Assembly: GCA_043801445.1 (NCBI GenBank)
Contig: JAZDMB010000046.1
Span: forward strand, 19,253-83,252
Direction of reading: 5' to 3'
Origin: Planctomycetota bacterium
Lineage (GTDB): Bacteria > Planctomycetota > MHYJ01 > JACQXL01
Length of the DNA: 64,000 nt
A program made the translations under genes and the position numbers. How positions within the stretch are numbered: the stretch's first letter is position 1; every line of letters begins with the position of its first letter. The notes under the pieces are model-generated. The model was not told where the DNA came from. It saw only the letters and a list, made by a program, of their open reading frames with translations, and ran no database searches. This document shows positions 38,601 to 48,505 of the stretch, piece after piece.

Positions 38601-41263
38601 CCACCGGCATTACTATAACAAAAAATATTATTCCATGTGCCATTACCGCCAGCGCCACCAGAAGACACGGAACCAGTAGCGCCATTAGAAGAAGATGAAG
38701 CAGGATATCCACCGCCGTTTCCTGCAGAACCATTACCGCCGCCACCGCCACCACCACTATTACAAAAGTATATATAGGTGGTATAGAAACTACTACCACC
38801 ATATGCCCCGCCACCGCCACCGCCACCATTTCCTATTGCGGCTGCCCCACCATTAAAAACACTAGTAGCAATATTTGCCCCACCGCCGCCACCACCACCC
38901 TGTCCAACATTACCAACGGCATTATAAGTTCCACCACTGCCGCCAGTGCCGTTATATGATTCTCCACCAACGGCAACAACATTATATGCCTGACCACCTA
39001 CTCCGCCTAAAAATCCTAAGCCCGTTGCATTGATTCCGTTAGCCACATTGACTTGAACCGTGCCATTTGCCCTGAATGCAATCACACCAAAGGTAGTAGT
39101 TCCGTTCCATGTATTACAGATAATAGAGCCACTAGTATTGATAGTCACATTAGTATAATTCGGGACACGTTGAAGAACTACAAACTGATTTGAGGTGGTA
39201 TTTCCAAGATTAGTATCATTGGCACCGTCACCATACCAATTGACCTTGTTAGCGGTAAATGTAACAATCCATGGCGAACTAGTAGTAACAGATAAGACTC
39301 TAAGGAATTCGTAGTTACCGACATTGGGATAAACCGTAGATATTCCTTTTAGATTGATTAAGATTACCTCATCACCCACGGCAAAAGTGTTAGTGGGTAT
39401 AGTGGTTACAAGGGTTGCAGTATTTGTGCCGAGTGCTGAGACGCGAGAGTTCCAGCCATCAGCCGGTGTTCTGGTCTGAGATTTGGTTACGTTGGCTTGA
39501 TTATTTGCCACGTTAAGGTTAAATGTTCCTGCAACAGTTACTGAACCATCTGTACCGGTGCCATAGTCAATACGAGAAAGTGTAACATCAGCCGCACCTG
39601 TAGTTGATGCAGTATTTAAAAATGTGCCGGTTGTAAAAGTTGTTTCGAACCAATTCCCGAATGTCTGATATTTAGTAATTGTTTCCCCGGCAGAGTTAGT
39701 CGCTCTGAGTCTGAAGAAATAAGTCCTGTTTTCAGAAAAACCTGTGATAGCAGCATTAATAATAACATCACTTGTGCCACTGCCTAAAAGCTGTAAATCA
39801 GTATTATTGCCATAAGATGTGCTTAAACCCCATTCGAAATAGGCAGTGGTTGCCAATCCGTTAGGATTAACAGTGCCGTTTAATCTGGCTGAAATACAAG
39901 TAATATTGTCCGCCGTATTAATAACGCAGGTTGGCGGTGCCGGTGTGGTGGTAAATGTCAGATTACCTCCCAAGCTTGTCCCGGCAGTAGAAGTTGCGGC
40001 AACCCTGAAATTATATAGCGTATTTGTAGAAAGACCGGTTGCTGTATATGAAACCGCAACACTCGTAGTACCGTTGCTGATAAACTGTGAATCAGTTGTT
40101 ACTGAATACGAAGTATTCAGGCCATACTCGAAATATACATATGTGTCAAGCCCGTTAGGAATAACCGTGCCGTTTAATCTGGCTGAGCCATAAGAAATAT
40201 TATCGGCCGGGTCAGTAATGCAGGTCGGCGCTGAACCGGACGTATTACCGGTAGTAAGAGTTAGATTATCCCCATAGGTTGTTCCGAAACTATTGGTTCC
40301 GCTGACCCTGAAATTATACACTGAATTTGATGTTAATCCCGATATATTAGCTGAGACCGTAAGACTAATCGCCCCGCTGCCTATTGACTGTGAAGTTGTG
40401 GTATTCTCATATGAAGTAGTTGAACCATGATTGAAAAAGGCATTTGTACTAATTCCATTAGGATTAACCGTGCCGTTTAATGTGGCTGAATTAGTAGTGA
40501 TATTGGTAGCAGGTTTAGTGACACATGTTGGTACCGGTGGTGCTGTGGTGGTAAATGTCCGATTAGTTCCATAGGTTATTCCGGCAAAACTGGTTGCGAC
40601 AATCCTGAAATTATATTGTGTATTTTCCGTTAATCCTCCTATATCAGTATTAATCAGAACAATATTTGTTCCGCTACCGACGGCCAAAGAAGTTGTGGTT
40701 ACAGTATAAGAAGTAGTCAAACCATACTGAAAATAGGCAGATGTAGCAATGCCATTAGGAATGACACTACCATATAATCTGGCTGAGTTATAAGTAATAT
40801 TAGTAGCAGGATTAGTGACACAGGTCGGTGGTGTTCCTGCAGTAATAAAAGTCTGATTTGCCCCATTGTATGTAATACCGTTTCTGGTTGCCTTGATTCT
40901 GAAGTTATAGGCTGTATTGGCTGCTAATCCCGTCAGGTTAACAGAGACATTGATAGCGCTTGTGCCGGAGCCAATAAATTGATAACCGGTGTTGGAGCCA
41001 TATGATAAAGTTAGACCATACTCAAAATATACATTAGTATCAGCACCATTAGGGTTAACCGTGCCGTTTAATATAGCAGAAGACTGAACGATATTAGTGG
41101 CTGGATTGGTAGTAATTGAGATTGGTCCGAGGCTACTACTTCCGCTATCACTAATGCTTCCACCGCCGGAGTCGCCGCTGCCACCACAGCCGCCATAATT
41201 AAAGACAACAACAAATGCTACAATAAATATAAATGATGCAATCTTTATCCATACTTTATTCAT
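35696..41263 (-). CDS. 1855-aa surface (lipo)protein: FN3-like repeats plus two glycine-rich modules
   Basis: Signal peptide with GGC; six ~100-aa A.L.G.V.PNG..T...F.YG repeats; duplicated Gly-rich regions. Confidence 0.8.
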   Translation of the reverse strand: MNKVWIKIASFIFIVAFVVVFNYGGCGGSGDSGGGSISDSGSSSLGPISITTNPATNIVQSSAILNGTVNPNGADTNVYFEYGLTLSYGSNTGYQFIGSGTSAINVSVNLTGLAANTAYNFRIKATRNGITYNGANQTFITAGTPPTCVTNPATNITYNSARLYGSVIPNGIATSAYFQYGLTTSYTVTTTSLAVGSGTNIVLINTDIGGLTENTQYNFRIVATSFAGITYGTNRTFTTTAPPVPTCVTKPATNITTNSATLNGTVNPNGISTNAFFNHGSTTSYENTTTSQSIGSGAISLTVSANISGLTSNSVYNFRVSGTNSFGTTYGDNLTLTTGNTSGSAPTCITDPADNISYGSARLNGTVIPNGLDTYVYFEYGLNTSYSVTTDSQFISNGTTSVAVSYTATGLSTNTLYNFRVAATSTAGTSLGGNLTFTTTPAPPTCVINTADNITCISARLNGTVNPNGLATTAYFEWGLSTSYGNNTDLQLLGSGTSDVIINAAITGFSENRTYFFRLRATNSAGETITKYQTFGNWFETTFTTGTFLNTASTTGAADVTLSRIDYGTGTDGSVTVAGTFNLNVANNQANVTKSQTRTPADGWNSRVSALGTNTATLVTTIPTNTFAVGDEVILINLKGISTVYPNVGNYEFLRVLSVTTSSPWIVTFTANKVNWYGDGANDTNLGNTTSNQFVVLQRVPNYTNVTINTSGSIICNTWNGTTTFGVIAFRANGTVQVNVANGINATGLGFLGGVGGQAYNVVAVGGESYNGTGGSGGTYNAVGNVGQGGGGGGGANIATSVFNGGAAAIGNGGGGGGGAYGGSSFYTTYIYFCNSGGGGGGGNGSAGNGGGYPASSSSNGATGSVSSGGAGGNGTWNNIFCYSNAGGGGGGGSDGRTDSSTLNQRAYMGGGGGASGGGYQLDGYSVTGGAGGPGGGIIFIGANVLNIASAASVVANGNAGAVGAVGGYSNNYDIYRGGGGGGAGGSVILFANSISNLGSVSAIGGNGGGNPGPNTYLLYNGGAGGGGRTYARYVSFSGTVPFSSTNYSGLVATTDTSLPCIISGTYTSTVIAPAGVTSWGILTFTNTLPTNTTFTVDVLDSSDNLLVTAVPSGTDLSNNYPTSLTGVTGIRLRSNFSTINTSATPILSEWGVGYSNFYSPSNGAPVVETTAATYTSTYTSAFVNGIVNPNGLATNASFQWGLSSSYGFTTTVQSLVGSSNVVISDTITGLSANVPYYFRISATNSAGTTVGVNRTLGNWLETTFTTGTFSSCAPTATGATDIALARINSGNGADGPLIVLSNSFNINVVTNGFNGRTAPDGVLWQINLSVASGQLTISSGVAIPTPGFAVGDEIMIIRIKGATGDQLAAIGQYEVKRITWLSTSSMTVDSNLSYAYDGTGNGRVQVQRIPNYTDVTINTGGSIICTGWNGTTGGVIAFRASGTLQVNVANGINATGSGFRGGTGVAYGSNAPGGESYNGTGGSGGTYAANGNAGQGGGGGGGVNAGTTYTGGAGAAGSGGGGGGALYYTAFTNYRLGGSGGGGGHASVGVDGIGGTNGTPDPSGTIGGTGGTSTSASPFTGGHGGGGGNDGWGTSNGLNTRAYLGGGGGAGGGITVGGGAANVSSAYGANGGNGGGIIFIGANILNIASGASIISNGTAGVNSSPVPAGTAGANAHYSNNGPGGGGAGGSIIIYANQISNLGTTSSIDASAGSGGLCRNVSYAYNGGAGSAGRLYVQYGGTFASKPTVNFADVPATYTTTTIGTYTSAIIAPVSVSSWGALTYTSTLPTGTTFTVDVLNSSDSVLITGVSSGTNLATYPALNGVTSIKLRANFSTTDTAATPTLADWVLSYEGP

Positions 41264-41778
41264 ACCATTCTCCTTTTATATAAGGTTGATTCTGATATTA
41301 TATATTGCGTTTTCAGATTTTAACCGCCAAGCAGATAAATAAGATTAGCACTAAATTTTCACGAGATTTTTATAGTATTAATCTTGTGATTTTATCATTT
41401 CATTTTCCTTTAAGTTAACCTCCACTATTTTACTTCTAGCCATATTTATATCTATGAATTTAAAAATTGTCAAGTAATATTATATAAATTTCCTGCCCCT
41501 ATTAATCATGATTATTCATAAAATGTTTGGATTAATGACATCCTGTTTAAGATTGCTTCGTCCCTGACGGGACTTCCCTGGAATAGCAGTCCCGTAGGGG
41601 CGTCGCGCTGTTTCTCATAACACTTTTGGGACAACCTGATCAGAAAATGGTTGTTACAAATGAAATGATTGTAAGAAAATGAGCGTAGGGGAAAAGTCAA
41701 TCCCGACAGAGTCTGTCGGGATTGACTACATACCCGCCTGACCTGATAACCAATCAGGCAGGTCTCGAAATAACAATA

Positions 41779-42849
41779 CTACAATGTCTTGATTATCTTG
41801 TCCATTGCGGCAAGCAATTCCTTTAATTCCTGTACAGTAGTATCACCCATATGGGCAATGCGGAATGTGGTATCCTTAAGTTTGCCATAACCGGCAGATA
41901 TCATATAACCAACCTGAGCAAGTTCTTCGTTGAGTTTCTTGATATCAATCTTACGGATATTATCGGCTGTGGTCATTGTAATGGATTCATAACCAGGTTC
42001 AGTAAATAGTTTAAATCCGTTATCCTTGACCCACTCACGGCAGATTTTTGCCAGTTCTTTATGACGATTGAATCTGTTATCCAATCCTTCTTTGAGCATC
42101 TGATCTAATTGATAATTCAATGCGAATAGATGCGAAACAGAAGGCGTGGTCGGAGTCTGGTTTTTGGCATCAAAAGCATCAAATTCCACGAAGTCAAAAT
42201 AGTAGCCACGATTCTTGACCTGTTTGGCTCTTTCCAAAGCCCTGTTACTTACCGAACAGATGGCAAAGCCCGGCGGTAATGCAAACCCTTTCTGGGTGCT
42301 TGCCAGACAGACATCAATATTCCATTTGTCCACTTCTATCTTCACGCCAGCCATTGAACTCACGGCATCAACCATGAAAAGAACGTCAGGATATTTTTTG
42401 ACCACCTCAGCAATTTCAGCCAATGGATTCAGCACACCAACCGAAGTTTCGTTATGAGTAATAAAAACCGTGTCATACTTGCCGGTGGCTAATTCCTTAT
42501 CAACCATTTCAGGTTTTATGGCTTTGCCGAGTTCAACCTTGAACGGATCTGCTTCCTTGCCGTTGGCAATAGAGATTCCATACCATCTCTCGCCGAATTC
42601 ACCGCAGATAAAATGAGCGGCTCTTTTGTTAACGCAGTTGCGGACACATGCCTCCATCAAGCCGGTGCCTGAAGAGGTCGATAAATATATCTTATTCTTG
42701 GTATAAAGCAGCTGCTGAAGTTTCGCCTTAACATCGCCATGTAGCGCGGCATATTCCTTGGTCCGATGCCCTATCATCGGTGTCGCCATTGCGTTTAATA
42801 CACCGGGATAAACCTCTACGGGACCAGGGATAAACAATTTCTTGTGCAT
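41779..42849 (-). CDS. Class V PLP aminotransferase (serine/phosphoserine-type)
   Basis: IPGPV, HNETS.G, DAVSS, STQKG..LPPG, FRIAHMG. Confidence 0.88.
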   Translation of the reverse strand: MHKKLFIPGPVEVYPGVLNAMATPMIGHRTKEYAALHGDVKAKLQQLLYTKNKIYLSTSSGTGLMEACVRNCVNKRAAHFICGEFGERWYGISIANGKEADPFKVELGKAIKPEMVDKELATGKYDTVFITHNETSVGVLNPLAEIAEVVKKYPDVLFMVDAVSSMAGVKIEVDKWNIDVCLASTQKGFALPPGFAICSVSNRALERAKQVKNRGYYFDFVEFDAFDAKNQTPTTPSVSHLFALNYQLDQMLKEGLDNRFNRHKELAKICREWVKDNGFKLFTEPGYESITMTTADNIRKIDIKKLNEELAQVGYMISAGYGKLKDTTFRIAHMGDTTVQELKELLAAMDKIIKTL

Positions 42850-42870
42850 AAATTTCTCCTTCCTTTACTT

Positions 42871-44316
42871 TTATTTCTGTATTTTGATTTTATTTATGTC
42901 GTAATTTATTCTACTGATAACAACACCACTCAACAATTTCGGATAGAAATCAGTGGATTTCTGGGGCATCCGCTCGTTATGGATAGAAACATTTTTGACT
43001 TCCTCAATCTTAGTCGGGTTAAGAATGAAAGCCATCTGGTATTTTCCTCTCTGCACCTTTTCTATAGCTTCATCTTCAGAGCGGATATAATTAACCTTTT
43101 CCTCATTAGCAACCTGCTCTTTGGTAATATTCAATAATTTTTCAAGAATCAACGAATGCAAAATAGTTACATCCAATCTCTTCCAAATAGAAGAACGTTT
43201 CTCCGTGATAATCTTCTCAATCATCTTATCATCCTTAAGAGTAAGCATGTAGTATTTTTTTATTCCATTAACAACCAAGCCAAAAGCATGGGCAGTCTGA
43301 CCGGTCATACGAAGATCTTCTATCAAGTCCGTCCTAGCTAATTTTTCTTCCTTTGGAAAACGACAAGGATACTCATTAAGCCAGAGATATTGGGATATCT
43401 TCTTGAGGAAACTATTAGATGAAAAATTCTTTAGGCCAAAAATCAACCGATGGGTTGGTAAAACGGTTAATCCTTTGTCATCCATATTAATAAATGTCAT
43501 CATCCTATTTTCGTAAGACTCATTGCCGATGCATTTTAGGCTCAGTGCGCGCATCTCGTTTCGGTAATTGAGTGCGGTTTCATAACGATGATGACCGTCG
43601 GCAATAAAAACATCCTTATTTTTCATTGTATTTTGGACGATTTTAATTATCCGTGAGTCGGTAACCTTCCATAATTTATTGATTACCCCGTAATCATCCT
43701 TCAATTCCACATTCGGTTCCTTTTTTGCCGTAATTTTATTCAAGGCAGAATTGATGGTTAATTTCGGGTCGGAATAGAGCATGAATATCTGACCGGTGGA
43801 ACCGCCGGTCGCACGCATCTGATTTAATCTATCCTGTTTGGGTTTAAGCAATGTTCGTTCATGAGGATGGACGCCCCGGCCAAAGTCCTTCAAACGCATC
43901 AGGGCAATAAAACCTTTTCTGACCTGCAATTGTTTACCTGCCCGAACTGACGGCCGGTCAGGCGGGGAAGAAACGCCTTTAACCCGCCTGACCGGTAATC
44001 CAGTCGGGCAGGTCGGCGAATAATATTCCTGATGATAGGCATAAATAGCCCGCTTGGTATCATGAACCAATATTTTCTTGCTTAACCATTCTTCAATAGT
44101 TTCGCCGGCCCGGCTGTATTTATTATTATGTTCGTCATCGCTCTTGAGATCTTTACCCTTGGTAATGCGGACTAAATTATAAGGATGTCTCTTGTAGTAG
44201 ATATCCTGCATCTCGGGCGTGATTTTATCGTATGGCTGAGTCAGCACCAATCCGTAATTTTTGATTTTAGATTTGCTATACAATACTCCTAAAAATGGTA
44301 ATATCTCGGTCGTCAT
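42871..44316 (-). CDS. DUF1015 family protein
   Basis: PYD, PHERT, IADGHHRY, MPQKSTDFYPK; likely start ATG 44316. Confidence 0.88.
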   Translation of the reverse strand: MTTEILPFLGVLYSKSKIKNYGLVLTQPYDKITPEMQDIYYKRHPYNLVRITKGKDLKSDDEHNNKYSRAGETIEEWLSKKILVHDTKRAIYAYHQEYYSPTCPTGLPVRRVKGVSSPPDRPSVRAGKQLQVRKGFIALMRLKDFGRGVHPHERTLLKPKQDRLNQMRATGGSTGQIFMLYSDPKLTINSALNKITAKKEPNVELKDDYGVINKLWKVTDSRIIKIVQNTMKNKDVFIADGHHRYETALNYRNEMRALSLKCIGNESYENRMMTFINMDDKGLTVLPTHRLIFGLKNFSSNSFLKKISQYLWLNEYPCRFPKEEKLARTDLIEDLRMTGQTAHAFGLVVNGIKKYYMLTLKDDKMIEKIITEKRSSIWKRLDVTILHSLILEKLLNITKEQVANEEKVNYIRSEDEAIEKVQRGKYQMAFILNPTKIEEVKNVSIHNERMPQKSTDFYPKLLSGVVISRINYDINKIKIQK

Positions 44317-44379
44317 CCTTACAATACTCCTTTCTTCCTCTGGGCGTCCCGACAAAAACTGTCGGGATAATAGGCATAA

Positions 44380-44739
44380 TTATCGAGTTAAGTTTTTCAA
44401 TTCATCGACAGCACTCTTGAGATTTTTAGTAATGCTGTAAAAATTAGAGAGTTTGAAAATCTTAAAGGCCTCCTTTACGGTTGGTTTAGGATTAACAAAA
44501 ACTATGGCACCTTTGTGTTCATCCAATGAATCAATAAAAGAAATGAATAGACCAATACCCGGGCTTCCCATATAATTTACCTTGGATAAATCCACGACGA
44601 ATTTCCAGATTTTACGGACGAATAAATCACGAAAGACCGTTAATAGCGTCCCAGATGTTTCATTATTCAAAATACCATTCAACGATATTAAATAGATATC
44701 TTTCTCGAGCTGTTTTGTGTCAATAAAAAGTTCAAGCAT
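44380..44739 (-). CDS. STAS-domain anti-sigma factor antagonist
   Basis: DLSKVNYMGSPGIG. Confidence 0.8.
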   Translation of the reverse strand: MLELFIDTKQLEKDIYLISLNGILNNETSGTLLTVFRDLFVRKIWKFVVDLSKVNYMGSPGIGLFISFIDSLDEHKGAIVFVNPKPTVKEAFKIFKLSNFYSITKNLKSAVDELKNLTR

Positions 44740-44743
44740 TTAA

Positions 44744-45670
44744 TTATTTCTTAGTAAAATCAATAAGTTTCTCAGCAACAGCATCGCCCACCCGTCCCTG
44801 TCCTTCAACAGAAGATGCGCCTAAATGAGGAGTTAATAATATCTTTTCACCCAAAGCGATAAGAGGATTATCAGGTAAAATCGGCTCTTTTTCATAAACA
44901 TCTATTGCCGCTCCGGCAATAGTTCCGGCTTTCAGCGCTTCAGCTAAATCCTGTTCATTAATAATTCCGCCGCGTGCGCAGTTGATAATAAATGCCGTCT
45001 TTTTCATCTTAGCAATAGATGATTTATTAATCATGTTCTTGGTTTCAGGCGTCTTCGGAGTATGGATGCTGATATAATCGCTTTGCTTATAAATTTCATC
45101 TAATGAAAGCATCATTTTAATACCTAATTGAGTAATTTGTGCCGGAATTGTTTTCAGATAAGGGTCATAAGCAATAATAGTCATACCTAATGCATTTGCT
45201 CTTTTAGCAACCTCAAAGCCAATGCGACCAATACCGATAAGTCCCAATGTCTTCTTATATAATTCTGTTCCTTCTAATCTCTTTTTTTCCCACTTGCCCT
45301 GTTTCATTGTGCTGTCCGCTATATGTATTTTCCTGGCCAGTGCAAACATCATCCCTATAGTTAATTCTGCGACTGAAATAGATGATGCCTCAGGAGTATT
45401 TTCCACGCGGATATTAGCCTTTTTGGCTGCTTCAGCATCAATGTTATCCATACCCACGCCACCACGGACAATCAATTTTAACTTCTTTCCCTTTTCAATA
45501 ACATCTTTGGTCGCCTTGGTAGCACTGCGTATTACTAAAATTTCACAATCTCCTACTATCTGCAACAAATCCTGGGGTGTGATACCTGATTTATCATCTA
45601 CGGTTAACCCGTTCTTACGCATCTTTTCGATAGCCGCATTATCAATTTTGTCACATATTAATACTTTCAT
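44744..45670 (-). CDS. serA: D-3-phosphoglycerate dehydrogenase-like (short form, no ACT domain)
   Basis: GVGMDNID, GIGRIG, INCARG, TPHLGAS. Confidence 0.8.
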   Translation of the reverse strand: MKVLICDKIDNAAIEKMRKNGLTVDDKSGITPQDLLQIVGDCEILVIRSATKATKDVIEKGKKLKLIVRGGVGMDNIDAEAAKKANIRVENTPEASSISVAELTIGMMFALARKIHIADSTMKQGKWEKKRLEGTELYKKTLGLIGIGRIGFEVAKRANALGMTIIAYDPYLKTIPAQITQLGIKMMLSLDEIYKQSDYISIHTPKTPETKNMINKSSIAKMKKTAFIINCARGGIINEQDLAEALKAGTIAGAAIDVYEKEPILPDNPLIALGEKILLTPHLGASSVEGQGRVGDAVAEKLIDFTKK

Positions 45671-45977
45671 TTCCCCCTCCTTGCTTACTAAATTATAATG
45701 TATTTTTATTTATTTGTATACTTATAAAAAAAATCGTCAATATTTATAGGATTAAATTCGGTGATGATATATAAATTAGCAAGCGAATTTAACAGGTGGA
45801 AGAACACGAATCAGACGAATAAGGCGACCTGTCCGAATAACCATTCGATCGGGCGGGTAAGACGATTTAGAATTATTCGCTAGCACCCCGCGGGGTGTGA
45901 AGGATTCGTTCCATTCGTACTATTCGTGTTTAGTATTAATTCAGTTTAATCAGTTAAATCCTGTTGTTTATTTGATT

Positions 45978-47105
45978 ATGATTTTTCTAAAACAACTATG
46001 GTTTAAGGCAGTCCAACAAAACCAAAAGGGAGTTATTTATTTACTCGTAAGATTGTTTTTCAAATTACTCTCATTGTTTTATCTAATCCTCATAAAACTA
46101 CGCATCTTGCTCTATCAAAAAGGTATTATAAAATCATCAAAATTACCAGCCTATATTATCAGTGTCGGAAACATTACGGTGGGAGGCACCGGAAAAACAC
46201 CCTTCGTGAATTATCTATCTGAGACACTCACCAAAAATTCATCGGAAGAAAACTCTTCGGAGCATCCCTGTACCAGAAACAAATCCGCCTTCGGCGGAAA
46301 AGTCGGTATCCTAAGCAGAGGATATGGAAGCCGCCGTAAACAGATTTCAGATGATGAATCCTTTCCTTTGCCTGATAATGTGGTAAGAATTGTTACTCCC
46401 AATAGAATTATCGGCGGTACAGAACTTATAGAAAGACACGGGATAAAAACCATAATTCTTGACGACGGTTTTCAGCATCTGAAATTAAAACGAGATATAA
46501 ACTTAATTATCATCGATGCAACCAATTCTTTCGGAAACGGCTGGGTTTTACCGGGAGGAATTTTAAGAGAACCGCTGTCCTGTTTGAATCGCGCAGATAT
46601 TTTTGTCATTACACATACGGATCTTGTCACACGAGAACAATTATCCGCATTAGAATCAAAATTAAGCCATTATAATAAAAAGATTATCAGAACAATCCAT
46701 AAACCTCAATACCTGGTATTAATCAACCCGCCTGACCGGATGACCAGTCAGACAGGTCAAACACCCGATAAGAAAGTTGAATTGTCAGAAATAAGAGGTA
46801 AAACTGCCTGGGGATTTTGTGGCATCGGCAATCCGTATCAATTCCATAAAACACTTGAACCACTCTGTAACATAAAAGGTTTTTCTATTTTTTCCGACCA
46901 TTATTACTACTCCACAAATGATTTATCTATTATATTTGATAAGGCAAAAGATAAGAAGTCAGAACTATTTATCACTACAGAAAAGGATGCGTTAAGACTA
47001 AAAGACATAAAGATACGAAATGAAATGCCAATATATTACCTGAAAATAAAAATAGAGGTTATTGGGGGAGAAGATATTATACAAAGCATAGAGCATAGGA
47101 CTTAG
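45978..47105 (+). CDS. lpxK: Tetraacyldisaccharide 4'-kinase
   Basis: VGNITVGGTGKTP, LSRGYG, LDDGFQH, LREP, TTEKD; likely start ATG 45978. Confidence 0.93.
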   Translation: MIFLKQLWFKAVQQNQKGVIYLLVRLFFKLLSLFYLILIKLRILLYQKGIIKSSKLPAYIISVGNITVGGTGKTPFVNYLSETLTKNSSEENSSEHPCTRNKSAFGGKVGILSRGYGSRRKQISDDESFPLPDNVVRIVTPNRIIGGTELIERHGIKTIILDDGFQHLKLKRDINLIIIDATNSFGNGWVLPGGILREPLSCLNRADIFVITHTDLVTREQLSALESKLSHYNKKIIRTIHKPQYLVLINPPDRMTSQTGQTPDKKVELSEIRGKTAWGFCGIGNPYQFHKTLEPLCNIKGFSIFSDHYYYSTNDLSIIFDKAKDKKSELFITTEKDALRLKDIKIRNEMPIYYLKIKIEVIGGEDIIQSIEHRT

Positions 47106-47162
47106 AGTATCCCGGTCCATCCGGACGCTCTATGCTCTACGCTCCACGCCCTACACTATTAT

Positions 47163-48302
47163 ATGCTCTACTATCGTATTATTGATGTTAACAGTAATCG
47201 GGCCAGGGAAGCAACACGCGTTATTGAGGATTATGCACGTTTCATCCTTGAAGATGCAACATTATATAACCAGATTCGCTCTATCAGGCATAATCTCATC
47301 AAAATATTATCACCGATAACGCCTAACTTATTATATTCACGCGATATCGAAATGGATTTAGGAAAAAACACTATTAGTAATAAAAAGAATTTGCCGGAGA
47401 TAATCATATCAAGTTTCAGGCGTCTCTCAGAAGCACTACGTTCAATCACAGAATACCTGAAGATACAACCTGCCAGAACGGGTGCCCCCTGCCCGAACGA
47501 CTGTTCGGTCGGGCGGGTGTCGGGCTGGTCACCAGCTCTTGCCACAAGAATAGAAAAACTTAGATTCGAGGCTTATCAATTAGAGCAAGGATTTTTCTAC
47601 CTGCTTTATCCCAAGCAATTACTCCAAAAAATAAGACTTTATGTTCTGGTTCCCGAGAAAATAGATAATCGGCCCATAGATAAAATTATCACCGAATTAA
47701 TTAAAGGTGGCGCTGACGCCATCCAGTTACGAGCCGAAAAACTGAACGATAAGGAATTACTTATACTGGCAAGGAAGATAAGAAAAATAACGCGCCATGC
47801 AAATATGCTATTTATTGTTAACGACCGAATTGATATTGCTTTATTAAGCCAGGCAGACGGGATTCATTTGGGAGAAACTGATATTTCAATCCGTGATGCC
47901 AGACGATTATTAGGTTCTGATAAAATTATCGGAGCAACCAGCCATTCAATAGAAGAAGCGCTTGATGCGGAAAAGAACGGCGCCGATTATATTTCAGTTG
48001 GCCCATTCTTCCCATCTCCAACCAAACCATTACTTAAACCGCGTGGATTTGGCTACCTAAAAAATATCGCTAAAAAGATTCATATTCCTTATATTGCTAT
48101 CGGCGGAATAAATAAAACAAATTTACCTGTTTTATTAAAGACACATAAAAAACTATTTAAATCACCTATCAAAATCGCTGTCTCATCTGCTATATTAACC
48201 AGGCCCTTGCACGCAGGGGCTTGGTTAACCGATGAAAATATCTGTAGTACAACCAGACAGATAAAAACATTAATATTAACCACTCAAACTGGACACAAAT
48301 GA
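47163..48302 (+). CDS. thiE: Thiamine-phosphate synthase with N-terminal ThiD2 domain
   Basis: R.ID.N.NRARE..RVIED N-terminus; QLR, NDR, GIHLG, SPTK, AIGGI. Confidence 0.9.
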   Translation: MLYYRIIDVNSNRAREATRVIEDYARFILEDATLYNQIRSIRHNLIKILSPITPNLLYSRDIEMDLGKNTISNKKNLPEIIISSFRRLSEALRSITEYLKIQPARTGAPCPNDCSVGRVSGWSPALATRIEKLRFEAYQLEQGFFYLLYPKQLLQKIRLYVLVPEKIDNRPIDKIITELIKGGADAIQLRAEKLNDKELLILARKIRKITRHANMLFIVNDRIDIALLSQADGIHLGETDISIRDARRLLGSDKIIGATSHSIEEALDAEKNGADYISVGPFFPSPTKPLLKPRGFGYLKNIAKKIHIPYIAIGGINKTNLPVLLKTHKKLFKSPIKIAVSSAILTRPLHAGAWLTDENICSTTRQIKTLILTTQTGHK

Positions 48303-48505
48303 ACAGGGATCAAACTGGAAAATTTATAAGAAGACTAACCAAGTCGGTAAAGAAAACAGAAATTGTTCATCCTGCTCTCATGGATTCCTTATAAAAATAA
48401 TCTTCAACGATAAAGATAGGTTATGCGCGTCGCCCCTAAGGGCGCCGCCCATTAGAAGCAGCAGGGTAAAATTGTTGACTTTGTTAACAATCTCAACTTA
48501 TTCCA

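Noticed and set aside
35696-41263. Diversity-generating retroelement target
   Set aside because: No reverse transcriptase and no template/variable repeat pair differing only at adenines was seen; the duplication is internal to the gene.
41530-41640. Riboswitch upstream of the giant protein gene
   Set aside because: No recognisable aptamer consensus; the hairpins resemble the repeat at 48425-48445.
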